Shown: positions 13,927-21,547, counted from the stretch's first letter. The stretch is 32,000 nucleotides of DNA from an uncultured Chloroflexia bacterium (GCA_963718915.1 CAVRAI010000015.1:600001-632000); one strand, 5' to 3'. A program made the numbers and translations. Notes: generated from the sequence alone by a model not told the origin.

Positions 13927-15378
13927 TCAATGGAAGAGTCGTGGGATGCGCTTCTTCCAGGCGGTCGGTAGGATGACGTCAATCGCGTCGTCCACCGTCA
14001 CGATGCCCAGCAGCGCGCCCTGGTCGTCCACCACTGGCAGCGCCAGCAGATCGTCGTCGGCGATGGTGTGCGCCACGACACGCTCGTTGTCCAGCGGATG
14101 CGCCATATGCTGCATCGGGTGCGCGATGTCGGCGATGCGCGCGTCGGGGTCCGCCAGCAGCAGGTCGCGTAGGGACACCATGCCCTCCAGCATACCCTCC
14201 GCCTCCAGCGAGATGCCGGGGTGAGGCGCGGCCACCGTTGGCGCTCCAGAAGTTCGGGGACGACCCTTTGCGCGCGCCTTCGCTCCGTTGTTCGTCCGAA
14301 CTGGCGCGGGCATATCGCCGCTGACAATGTAGATTTCCAACAGCCCTTCCGGCAGTGGATCATCCTGATCGTTGGCCGCCGCCTTCGCCCGCGCCCGCAG
14401 TGCCTCGATGACCTCCTCAACGGTGGCCCAATCGGGCACCGAGATGTAGTCAGTCGTCATGATGCCGCCCGCGCTGTCTTCCGGCCAGCCCAGCAGTTCC
14501 TGCACCTCACTCGCCTCCTCACGGTCCATGCGCTTGAGCAGTTCCTGCGCCTCCTCGGCGGTGATGCTTTGTAGGGCATCGGTCGCCTCGTCTGGCTCCA
14601 TCTCCTCCAGCAGATCGGCGGCGCGTTCGGGATCCATCGCCCGCAGAATCTGCCCCTGCTGCTCGTCTTCTAGCTCCTCCAGCGTGTCGGCGGCCTGCGC
14701 CTCGTCCAGATCATCCAGCAGTTTCGCGCCCTGTTGCGGTGTTAGTTGCTCCAGCAGCCGCGCCAGTTCCGCCGGGCGCATCACCTCGATCTTGGCGCGT
14801 GGCACCCGCAATCGCAACGTACCCTCACCCTCGTCCTCGTTGGCGACAGGCGCCACCTGTGACCAGTCGATCAGCGGCGCTTTGCGGGCGAAATCGCGCC
14901 CGAAGGCAGCCGTCACCGCCTGGCCGACACGCGCCCAGCCCATCCGGCGCAGCAGTGCGCTCGGGCCGATATCCACCGCGACCAGCCGCCATGTCTCGTC
15001 ACGACGGGACAGATCGAGGTCGTTGATACGCACAACACGTCGCCCCTCCAGGTCTACCACCTGGCGGTCGAAGAGGCCCTCTCGCAGCACCATCTCACCC
15101 TCGCGCCGCTGGAACCGACGCAGGTTCATTTGCTGAGTTGCCAGCTCCGCGCCCTCCGGAGTGAGGCTTCTCACCTCATCCAGGGGGATGAAGATGTCGC
15201 GCGAGCCGCGTGGCCCCTTGACCCGCGCCACCAATCCAACAACTGGTGGATAGATATCCATAGGGTTTGCTGGCGTCTCGGTCTGGGGCAGACGTACCAC
15301 CAGATCATGCAGCGCCGCCACCGCCTCGCCGTTCGGGTCACGAATGGGTTTGCCGAGGAATTCTGTGAGTGCGGGCAT
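13927..15378 (-). CDS. Soluble PRC-barrel / MgtE N-terminal domain / CBS-pair protein (MgtE cytosolic module without the membrane pore)
   Basis: 483 aa. Acidic MgtE-N repeats: LDDLDEAQAADTLEELEDEQQGQILRAMDPERAADLLEEMEPDEATDAL. CBS-type segments follow: GGIMTTDYISVPDWATVEEVIEAL and LPVVDDQGALLGIVTVDDAIDVI. There is no hydrophobic TM segment. SD AAAGGAG lies upstream, 68 nt after the Nramp-like stop. Confidence 0.85.
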   Translation of the reverse strand: MPALTEFLGKPIRDPNGEAVAALHDLVVRLPQTETPANPMDIYPPVVGLVARVKGPRGSRDIFIPLDEVRSLTPEGAELATQQMNLRRFQRREGEMVLREGLFDRQVVDLEGRRVVRINDLDLSRRDETWRLVAVDIGPSALLRRMGWARVGQAVTAAFGRDFARKAPLIDWSQVAPVANEDEGEGTLRLRVPRAKIEVMRPAELARLLEQLTPQQGAKLLDDLDEAQAADTLEELEDEQQGQILRAMDPERAADLLEEMEPDEATDALQSITAEEAQELLKRMDREEASEVQELLGWPEDSAGGIMTTDYISVPDWATVEEVIEALRARAKAAANDQDDPLPEGLLEIYIVSGDMPAPVRTNNGAKARAKGRPRTSGAPTVAAPHPGISLEAEGMLEGMVSLRDLLLADPDARIADIAHPMQHMAHPLDNERVVAHTIADDDLLALPVVDDQGALLGIVTVDDAIDVILPTAWKKRIPRLFH

Positions 15379-15446
15379 TGGAACGCTCCTTTATCGGCAT
15401 ATCGGCACGAAATTCAGCGCGGGTCATCGTAGCGAAAAGTGTCTCG

Positions 15447-16823
15447 TCATTGCAGGAACGGAATGCCGACGGCAGGGAGCACGATGCTGAGAATCATGAT
15501 GAATGAGAGCACCGTCAACACGCTGGTAATGCCCCAGGCAATAGTGTTCTGAAGGACGCTGTTGACGTATTTGCCCATGATGCGCCGGTCGTTGACCAGT
15601 CGCAGAATAAAGACCAGCAGAATCGGCAGCAGCATGCCATTGATGATCTGCGCCACGACGATGAGCGGGATCAGCGGCAGGCCAGGGATGAGCGCGACGA
15701 CCGCGCCCAGGATAATCATGCCGGTAAAGAGGCCCTGAAAGATGGGCGCATCTTTGAACGAGTACGAGACACCGCGCTCGAAGCCAAACGATTCACAGAC
15801 CGAGTACGCCGTGGCCAGCGGTACAACCGCCGCCGCCAGCAGCGACGCGCCGAGCAGCCCAACCATAAAGAGGACTGGGGCAAAGCGGCCCAGGAATGGC
15901 ACGAGCGCCATCGCGGCCTGAGTGGCGTCGTTGATCTGCACCCCCGCGCCATGGCTGGCGGCGAAGACCGTCGCGCCGGTCGCGATGACGATGGACGCGA
16001 CGACGATACCCGCGAAGATCGATCCACCATAGGTTTCGAGCCGCTCAGCGGGATAGTCCTCCATCTGGATGCCCTTCTCGGCAACGCTGGACTGGATAAA
16101 GAGCTGCATATACGGTGTGATCGTCGTGCCGACCGCGCCGACGAGCAACTGAAAATAGGTGGCGTTGAGATAGACCGTGGGAACGAAAGTGTGGTGCAGC
16201 ACATCGCCCCAGTCGGGATGCGCCATGATAGCGGCGATAGGATAGGCAAAGAAGGCGAACGCCATGAACAGAAAGATTTTTTCAACACGCTCATACGAGC
16301 CGCGCGTGACAATCAGCCAGATACCTATGGCGGCCAACGGCACCGTAATGTATTTGGAGATACCAATGAGTTCGCATGCGGCGGCAATTCCAGCAAATTC
16401 GGAGATGGTGATAAGGACATTGGCGAAGAAGAGTGTTGACATCGCGAAGGCAGAGCCGCGCACGCCGAAACGCTCGCGAATCAGGTCGGAGAGGCCCTCG
16501 CCGGTAGCCGCGCCCATCCGCGCGCACATTTCCTGGACGACCGCCAGCGCAATCGTGACAAGTACCAGCGCCCAGAGCAGCCCAAAGCCGTAGCGCGCGC
16601 CTACGCTCGACCAGGTGGCGACGGCGCCCGCGTCATTACCCGCGTTGGCGGCGATCAGGCCGGGACCAAGAAAAGCGAGAAAGAAGAGTGGTTTGGGGAA
16701 GCGGCCAGAACGCCAGCGGCGCAGATAGGCCAGGGGACGGCGAAAGGTGACTTCAGCGGCGCGGCGCGCGAGAAGCGTACGCTGCGTCAGCACATCGGTT
16801 GGGGTTGGAATTGGCTGCTCCAC
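15447..16823 (-). CDS. Nramp-family transporter with a non-canonical metal-binding site (Nramp-related, possibly Mg2+-type)
   Basis: Aligns without gaps to the canonical MntH at 17910-19289, but TM1 reads AGNDAGAVAT (not DPGN) and TM6 reads GTTITPYMQ (not GATVMPH). The track ORF starts with GTG at 16859; GTG at 16823 has GGGAGG 6 nt upstream. Confidence 0.85.
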   Translation of the reverse strand: MEQPIPTPTDVLTQRTLLARRAAEVTFRRPLAYLRRWRSGRFPKPLFFLAFLGPGLIAANAGNDAGAVATWSSVGARYGFGLLWALVLVTIALAVVQEMCARMGAATGEGLSDLIRERFGVRGSAFAMSTLFFANVLITISEFAGIAAACELIGISKYITVPLAAIGIWLIVTRGSYERVEKIFLFMAFAFFAYPIAAIMAHPDWGDVLHHTFVPTVYLNATYFQLLVGAVGTTITPYMQLFIQSSVAEKGIQMEDYPAERLETYGGSIFAGIVVASIVIATGATVFAASHGAGVQINDATQAAMALVPFLGRFAPVLFMVGLLGASLLAAAVVPLATAYSVCESFGFERGVSYSFKDAPIFQGLFTGMIILGAVVALIPGLPLIPLIVVAQIINGMLLPILLVFILRLVNDRRIMGKYVNSVLQNTIAWGITSVLTVLSFIMILSIVLPAVGIPFLQ

Positions 16824-16859
16824 GAAGGGCCTCCCGCATAATGGTGTTATGGCCGACAC

Positions 16860-17165
16860 TTTCCAGGTCGGCCTGCGGAAGGGTGCGGAGCGCCCAAAAT
16901 CAGGCTGGCAAAGCTGGAACGCGACGGCAGGTTAGCGACACGAGTTGGCTACGACTACTTGAGCCAGCGTCCATCGAACATTGTCCTCCTCTCCGTACGT
17001 TGCACACGTTTCATATGCACGGTGTATGCCAGTGTATGCCAGGCGCATGCTCGTACGGGAGAAACACCCACGCCTCTGCGCCCCAGACTGGTGATGAAAT
17101 GACCAGGGGGAATCGATACAGAGTGCGGGTCGTGGCGACGCCTGTGAAACCCGATGGCGTCGCGG
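16860..17165 (-). promoter_or_regulatory. Structured roughly 300-nt leader between tRNA-Pro and the Nramp-like gene
   Basis: Elements on the minus strand:
- an 8-bp hairpin at 17135-17163
- the hairpin CCCCCTGGT...ACCAG..GGGG (about 17078-17108)
- the tandem decamer GGCATACAC(T/C) x2 (17021-17040)
- an 8-bp hairpin (17001-17020)
- a stem 17052-17062/16989-16999 overlapping a strong SD (GGAGAGGAGG) that precedes an 8-codon uORF (16955-16981)
No known riboswitch core was recognised. Confidence 0.35.
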
Positions 17166-17239
17166 TCGGGGTGGCCGGATTCGAACCGGCGACCTCATGG
17201 TCCCAAACCATGCGCGCTGACCAACTGCGCTACACCCCG
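17166..17239 (-). tRNA. tRNA-Pro (anticodon UGG)
   Basis: The reverse complement folds as a cloverleaf: CGGGGTG TA GCGC AGTTGGTCA GCGC G CATGG TTTGGGA CCATG AGGTC GCCGG TTCGAAT CCGGC CACCCCG A. It is 74 nt, has G37 and does not encode CCA. Confidence 0.92.
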
Positions 17240-17257
17240 CAAAAGCCGTACTAAAAT

Positions 17258-17287
17258 AGTATAGGCATGCTCGCCTGAAGGCGTCAA
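17258..17287 (-). promoter_or_regulatory. Sigma-70-type promoter for tRNA-Pro
   Basis: The minus strand reads TTGACG (17287-17282), an 18-nt spacer, then TATACT (17263-17258). The -10 ends 18 nt before the mature tRNA 5-prime end. Confidence 0.45.
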
Positions 17288-17369
17288 GCATCTGAACGTC
17301 CTATAGGCCGCATAGCTACGGCGCTCAGCCCGTGCCTACCAGACGTCGCCCAGCCTCATGACAGGAGGA

Positions 17370-17840
17370 TCACTTGAATGTCATGAGAACCGCGCCGTTG
17401 TCGCCTTCGAGGGTCAGGGTGGCGCTGTCGATGTGATAACTGTCCACACGGGAGAGCGCCTGCGTGTACGCGACTTCTCGCTCCATCACACCGGCTTCGT
17501 CGCAGAACTTCAGCGTGCCGCGAAAGTCCTCGAAGTGGATCTGATTGCCTGTAATTGAGTAGGAGCCACCATAGGCATTGCATCCGCTACTTCCGCTGAA
17601 CGAGCGATCCTGTGACTTCAAGCTCAACGTGATCGGGTTGGCGTCGGAAAGTGGCAGATCATGGCCATCGACGATCAGTTGGGTGAGCGTCCAGGTGTGG
17701 CTGGTCAGCGATGCGGGGGCAGATTGCGCCTGCTGGACGACGAGGACAATCACAGCCACAACCAGTGCGACAGCGACTGTTGCCGCGACGACGGTAATCT
17801 GACGCCTCACGATGGCCCCTCCTCTTGTGGTGAGCATCAA
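17370..17840 (-). CDS. META-domain (HslJ-like) protein with an N-terminal membrane anchor
   Basis: 156 aa. The anchor is ITVVAATVAVALVVAVIVLVV. The META pattern is SFSGSSGCNAYGGSYSITGNQIHF...TLKFCDE...REVAYTQAL. Confidence 0.8.
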   Translation of the reverse strand: MMLTTRGGAIVRRQITVVAATVAVALVVAVIVLVVQQAQSAPASLTSHTWTLTQLIVDGHDLPLSDANPITLSLKSQDRSFSGSSGCNAYGGSYSITGNQIHFEDFRGTLKFCDEAGVMEREVAYTQALSRVDSYHIDSATLTLEGDNGAVLMTFK

Positions 17841-17909
17841 AAGAGGTTATACGCGATAGCGTCACGCCGACGCCTTCGTATGGGCTACCGAACGCAATTT
17901 ATGGGCCAC

Positions 17910-19289
17910 CTACCGCAACAGGCCGATGCCGAGTGTCTGCCCAATCAGCAGGATATTCAGCCCCAGAATGATCGTCGCGACGACCCAGCCAGCGATCATT
18001 GTTATCCGCCGGTTGACCAGCCCACCCATGATGCCGCGCCGACTGGTGAAGATCAACAGCGGCACGATGGCGAACGGTAGGACGAAGCTCAACACCACCT
18101 GGCTAATCACCAGCGTCTGGTCGGGATTCACGTTGAGCGCGATGAAGACCAGCGCGGGCAGCATCGTCAGCCCACGGCGCAGCCAGGTGGGAATCTTCCA
18201 GCCGAGAAAGCCCTCCATGATAATCTGGCCTGCCAGCGTGCCCACCGCCGACGACGAGAGGCCGGAGGCCACCAGCGCCACCCCAAAGATGATGGACGAG
18301 GCATTGCCGAGCAACGGTCGCAGTGTATGGAACGCGGTCTCCAGAGAGCCGATCTCGTTATGGCCGCTGCCAAAGAAGACCGATGCCGCCATGATGAGCA
18401 TCGCACCATTGACCAGCCCGGCCAGCCCAAGCGCGATGATGATATCAAGCCGCTCGAAGCGCAGGATACGTTTCGCGTCCTGCTCGTCACGCGGCTTAAT
18501 GCGATTCTGTGTGAGCGCCGAGTGCAGGTAGACGACGTGCGGCATCACCGTCGCGCCGAGGATGCCCACAGCCAGCAGGATACTGCCTGCCCCGGCAAAT
18601 TGAGGCACAAACGCATGGTAGACGATCTGCCCGCCATTCGGTCGCGCCAGGAATGTCTCGATCAGATAGCTGATGGCGATAACCCCCAGCAGCGAGGCGA
18701 TGATGGCCTCCAGCGGGCGGAAACCCAGCCGCTGCAACGCCAGGATGGCGAAGGTGGTGACACCTGTCAGAACGCCCGCCGCCAGCAGCGGAATATGGAA
18801 GAGCAGATTGAAGCCGATGGCCGCGCCCAGGAATTCCGCCAGGTCGGTCGCCATCGCGCCGATCTCGGCAATCACCCAGAGGCCCATGCTCACAGGACGG
18901 GGCAGGTACTCGCGGCACAGTTCGGGAAGGTTCTTGCCGGTGGCGATACCCAGTTTGGCCGAGAGCATCTGCAGCAGGATGGCCATCAGGTTGCTGGCAA
19001 GGATCACCCAGAGCAACAGGTAGCCAAACTGCGCGCCCGCCTGAATATTGGTGGCAAAGTTGCCGGGATCGATATAGGCGATGGCGGCGATGAACGCCTG
19101 CCCCAGAAAAGGGAGAACACTGCGCAGACTGAAACGCTGCGGCGCGTCAAGCGACTTTTCAGCGGCCGCAACGGTGCGCGCGCTGCTAGAGGCGACTCTG
19201 CGATGCACATTGAGTGTTGAGCGGAGCCGATCCATCCACGAACGCCGTACAAAATCCATAGAACTATCCTCGCCCCCACCTGATATCAT
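17910..19289 (-). CDS. mntH: Nramp-family divalent metal (Mn2+/Fe2+) transporter MntH, canonical
   Basis: 459 aa with canonical AYIDPGNFATN (TM1) and GATVMPHVVYLHS (TM6). Its start overlaps the mntR stop (ATGA at 19286-19289). Confidence 0.9.
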   Translation of the reverse strand: MISGGGEDSSMDFVRRSWMDRLRSTLNVHRRVASSSARTVAAAEKSLDAPQRFSLRSVLPFLGQAFIAAIAYIDPGNFATNIQAGAQFGYLLLWVILASNLMAILLQMLSAKLGIATGKNLPELCREYLPRPVSMGLWVIAEIGAMATDLAEFLGAAIGFNLLFHIPLLAAGVLTGVTTFAILALQRLGFRPLEAIIASLLGVIAISYLIETFLARPNGGQIVYHAFVPQFAGAGSILLAVGILGATVMPHVVYLHSALTQNRIKPRDEQDAKRILRFERLDIIIALGLAGLVNGAMLIMAASVFFGSGHNEIGSLETAFHTLRPLLGNASSIIFGVALVASGLSSSAVGTLAGQIIMEGFLGWKIPTWLRRGLTMLPALVFIALNVNPDQTLVISQVVLSFVLPFAIVPLLIFTSRRGIMGGLVNRRITMIAGWVVATIILGLNILLIGQTLGIGLLR

Positions 19290-20011
19290 CTGGATGCCAC
19301 GACCACCTGCACGGCATCAACCAGTTCGCCGCCAACCGTCTGTTCAGCCGACGAGTCGGCGTCCTCGATGCGCAGCCGCAGCAGACCGCCAAATGGCGCG
19401 CGCTCCAGCAGTGTGACTCGCGCGCCTGGCAGCAGGCGCAGGGAAGCGAGGTAGCGCAACATATCAGAATTGTCATCGTTCACGCGCCGCACAATCGCCT
19501 GATCTCCCGGCTGGAGTGCCGAGAGCCGCTGCGTGTGCTGTGGGATGACTTCGCCGGTTTTACTTGGAATGGGATCGCCGTGTGGGTCTTCGGTGGGATG
19601 GCCCAGCAGGGCATCCACGCGATCCTCAAAGTGCTCGGAAATCACATGTTCGAGGCGTTCTGCCTCAGCGTCCACTTCATCCCAGCTATAGCCGAGATGG
19701 CGCACCAGATAGAGTTCGAGCAGCCGATGATGGCGCACCAGCTCCGCCGCCGCCGCCGCCCCTTTGGGTGTTAGCTCCACTCCGCGATAGGGCGTATGGT
19801 CGACATACCCCTGCTCGGCAAGCGACTTGAAGAGTTGTGTCACCGTCGCGTCGCTCAACTGCCCATCCGGCTCCTGCGCCTGAAGCCGCTCGCGCATGGC
19901 GGAGGTGGTCACCCGCTCGCCGCGTTCGCGCAGCTTGTAGATGTACTTGAGACAATCCACAGCGCGTTTCGGCAGTTTGCGTATATCTTCCGCAGTCGAC
20001 TCTTCGGTCAT
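19286..20011 (-). CDS. mntR: DtxR/MntR-family metal-dependent transcriptional repressor with a C-terminal FeoA/SH3-like domain
   Basis: 241 aa with HHRLLELYLVRHLGYSWDEVDAEAERLEHVISEHFEDRVDALLGHPTEDPHGDPIP. The block AERLEHV carries Glu where DtxR has Cys102 (ACRWEHV), a Mn-type feature. SD GGGAGGGAGGAG lies upstream. Confidence 0.9.
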   Translation of the reverse strand: MTEESTAEDIRKLPKRAVDCLKYIYKLRERGERVTTSAMRERLQAQEPDGQLSDATVTQLFKSLAEQGYVDHTPYRGVELTPKGAAAAAELVRHHRLLELYLVRHLGYSWDEVDAEAERLEHVISEHFEDRVDALLGHPTEDPHGDPIPSKTGEVIPQHTQRLSALQPGDQAIVRRVNDDNSDMLRYLASLRLLPGARVTLLERAPFGGLLRLRIEDADSSAEQTVGGELVDAVQVVVASR

Positions 20012-20035
20012 AGGTGACTCCTCCCTCCCCCATTA

Positions 20036-20084
20036 ATTTTTAGAGGTCTAAAAATAGAATAGCGCATGGTTAAATTTCTGTCAA
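20036..20084 (-). promoter_or_regulatory. mntR-mntH promoter (TTGACA-17-TATTCT) with an abutting perfect 9-2-9 palindromic operator ATTTTTAGA-NN-TCTAAAAAT
   Basis: On the minus strand the -35 TTGACA is at 20084-20079, followed by a 17-nt spacer and the -10 TATTCT at 20061-20056. The palindrome at 20055-20036 covers the expected transcription start, 25-45 nt upstream of the ATG at 20011. Confidence 0.6.
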
Positions 20085-20197
20085 CAGGAAGGTAAAAATC
20101 GGGAATCGCGGCGGGAAACGCAAAGAGCGCTCCCTCCGAAAGTAGAAGGAGCGCTCGCCAGGGATGGTGGAGTATGAACACACGACGTGAGGCGATC

Positions 20198-20863
20198 TCA
20201 ACTGCCACAGGGCGGGGTTGGGTTGACAACAGTACCGGGCTTGAAGGATGCCAGCATCTCCTGCCAGATACCCATATAGCGTTCAGTAATATTGCTGGAA
20301 TCGCCATGCGTCGCGGGGAGAAGTTTAATGCCGACCACGATACCATTCGAGACAAATGAGACACTGATACTCGGGAGTCCTACTGTGCCTTGAGGTGTAG
20401 AACCGAGGACAAGGTTGTTGGATTGATATCCTTTGATTCCCGGTCCGACAGTAACAATCATGGCGCCAGGAATCGCCTGCGGACACTGATTGGCTGCGTA
20501 GCCGCTAGTAGCGCCACCGAATTCAACGTCGAGTCCATTTGACGGATTGGAGTCAGCATCAGACCATGTTACAGAGTCGCCCACGAACCCCGGTGGTTGA
20601 GGATTTGGGTTGAGGTACTGAGCATCAGCGGGAATCGCAAAGGTAAACCCGAACATGCTATCGGTGACTCGTTGATAGGCTTTGCCGTCCACGAAAAAAG
20701 GCGTCGCGGTTGGCGATGCTGTCGCGGTCGGTTGGGATGTTGGGGTTGGTGTCGGAGCAGCCGCAACAGACGTGCTGGGTGTACTTTGGCCACAGCCCAC
20801 CAGCAGGCTCACGAGTAGCGCCAACCCTGTCAGCAGCCCGACTAGATGGCGGTTTCGATGCAT
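20198..20863 (-). CDS. Hypothetical lipoprotein (paralog 1)
   Basis: 221 aa. Lipobox LLVSLLVGCGQ, then a T/P/A-rich linker, a conserved core VTDSMFGFTFAIPAD and the C-terminus ERYMGIWQEMLASFKPGTVVNPTPPCGS. Confidence 0.75.
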   Translation of the reverse strand: MHRNRHLVGLLTGLALLVSLLVGCGQSTPSTSVAAAPTPTPTSQPTATASPTATPFFVDGKAYQRVTDSMFGFTFAIPADAQYLNPNPQPPGFVGDSVTWSDADSNPSNGLDVEFGGATSGYAANQCPQAIPGAMIVTVGPGIKGYQSNNLVLGSTPQGTVGLPSISVSFVSNGIVVGIKLLPATHGDSSNITERYMGIWQEMLASFKPGTVVNPTPPCGS

Positions 20864-20893
20864 GGTGTTCAGGCCTCTCGCTGTGGGGCGATC

Positions 20894-21547
20894 TCAACTG
20901 TCGCAGATGGGAGTTGGATTGGTGAAGGTACCGGGTTGGAACGACGCCAGCATCTCCTGCCAGATGCCACCATACCGCTCCGTCAAGTTCCCCTGTGTCT
21001 GTGGTGTGAGCGTAATGAAGATAACATTGCCATTGGAGACAAACGATACACTGATTTCTGGTATTGCTGCTGCACCTTGTGGTGCTGATCCAATGACGAG
21101 GTCATCCTGCTCGTACCCAGTGATTCCTTTCCCAACAGAAACCTGTTTGGCGCCAGAAATTGACTGAGGGCATTGGTTAGCGGTATAACCAGTGGTCGCT
21201 CCACCAAAGTCGACGTTGAGCACCGTTGATGTTCCGGTATCGCGGTCGGACCACGTATTTGTATCACCCCCGACCTGTGGCTGAGGACTTATACTGAGCT
21301 GCCGAGTATCAGCAGGAATCGCGAAACTGAAACCGAACATACTATCGGTGACCAGCTTGTACGAGACGCCACCGACCGTGAACGGCGTCGCGGTTGGCTG
21401 TGTCGTCGCGGTAGCCTGAGTGAGCGGTGTTGTGGTGGCCGATGGTAACGAGCTGACATCTCCCACGCCACAGCCCGCGAGTAATATTAGCAACATCACT
21501 CCTATTGCCATCCCTGACACGCGGGAATAGCGGTTTTTGCGCATCAT
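20894..21547 (-). CDS. Hypothetical lipoprotein (paralog 2)
   Basis: Lipobox MLLILLAGCGVG, core VTDSMFGFSFAIPAD and C-terminus ERYGGIWQEMLASFQPGTFTNPTPICDS. The track ORF begins at 21604; the ATG at 21547/21544 follows SD AAGGAG (21556-21551). Confidence 0.75.
   Translation of the reverse strand: MMRKNRYSRVSGMAIGVMLLILLAGCGVGDVSSLPSATTTPLTQATATTQPTATPFTVGGVSYKLVTDSMFGFSFAIPADTRQLSISPQPQVGGDTNTWSDRDTGTSTVLNVDFGGATTGYTANQCPQSISGAKQVSVGKGITGYEQDDLVIGSAPQGAAAIPEISVSFVSNGNVIFITLTPQTQGNLTERYGGIWQEMLASFQPGTFTNPTPICDS

Noticed and set aside
14459-15136. 225-aa plus-strand Ser/Arg-rich ORF, together with 13998-14420 (-) and 14221-14574 (+)
   Set aside because: They are low-complexity antisense or alternative frames of the MgtE-N/CBS gene, whose acidic repeats generate Ser/Arg-rich shadows.
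17021-17040. Sigma-54 promoter (TGGCAT-N4-TGGCAT resembles TGGCAC-N5-TTGCA)
   Set aside because: The GG-to-GC spacing is one nucleotide short of the -24/-12 consensus, and the -12 element is not TTGC. I interpret it as a tandem decamer instead.
16860-17165. M-box (Mg2+) or yybP-ykoY (Mn2+) riboswitch in the Nramp-like leader
   Set aside because: I could not find the conserved cores by eye (GUUAGGUGAGGCU or GCUGCCCGAAA for M-box; GGGGAGUAG...UUGACA for yybP-ykoY). It remains reported only as an unclassified structured leader, and an Infernal scan would be decisive.
9300-17239. Genomic island integrated at the 3-prime end of tRNA-Pro
   Set aside because: There is no integrase and no direct repeat of the tRNA 3-prime end near 9300 (only a 6-nt ggtggc match). 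The genes adjacent to the tRNA (Nramp-like, MgtE-N/CBS) have background high G+C. Only 9320-12960 looks compositionally foreign.
17926-19220. Plus-strand ORFs 17926-18531 and 18327-19220 opposite mntH
   Set aside because: They are shadow ORFs. The minus strand has a full canonical Nramp sequence.
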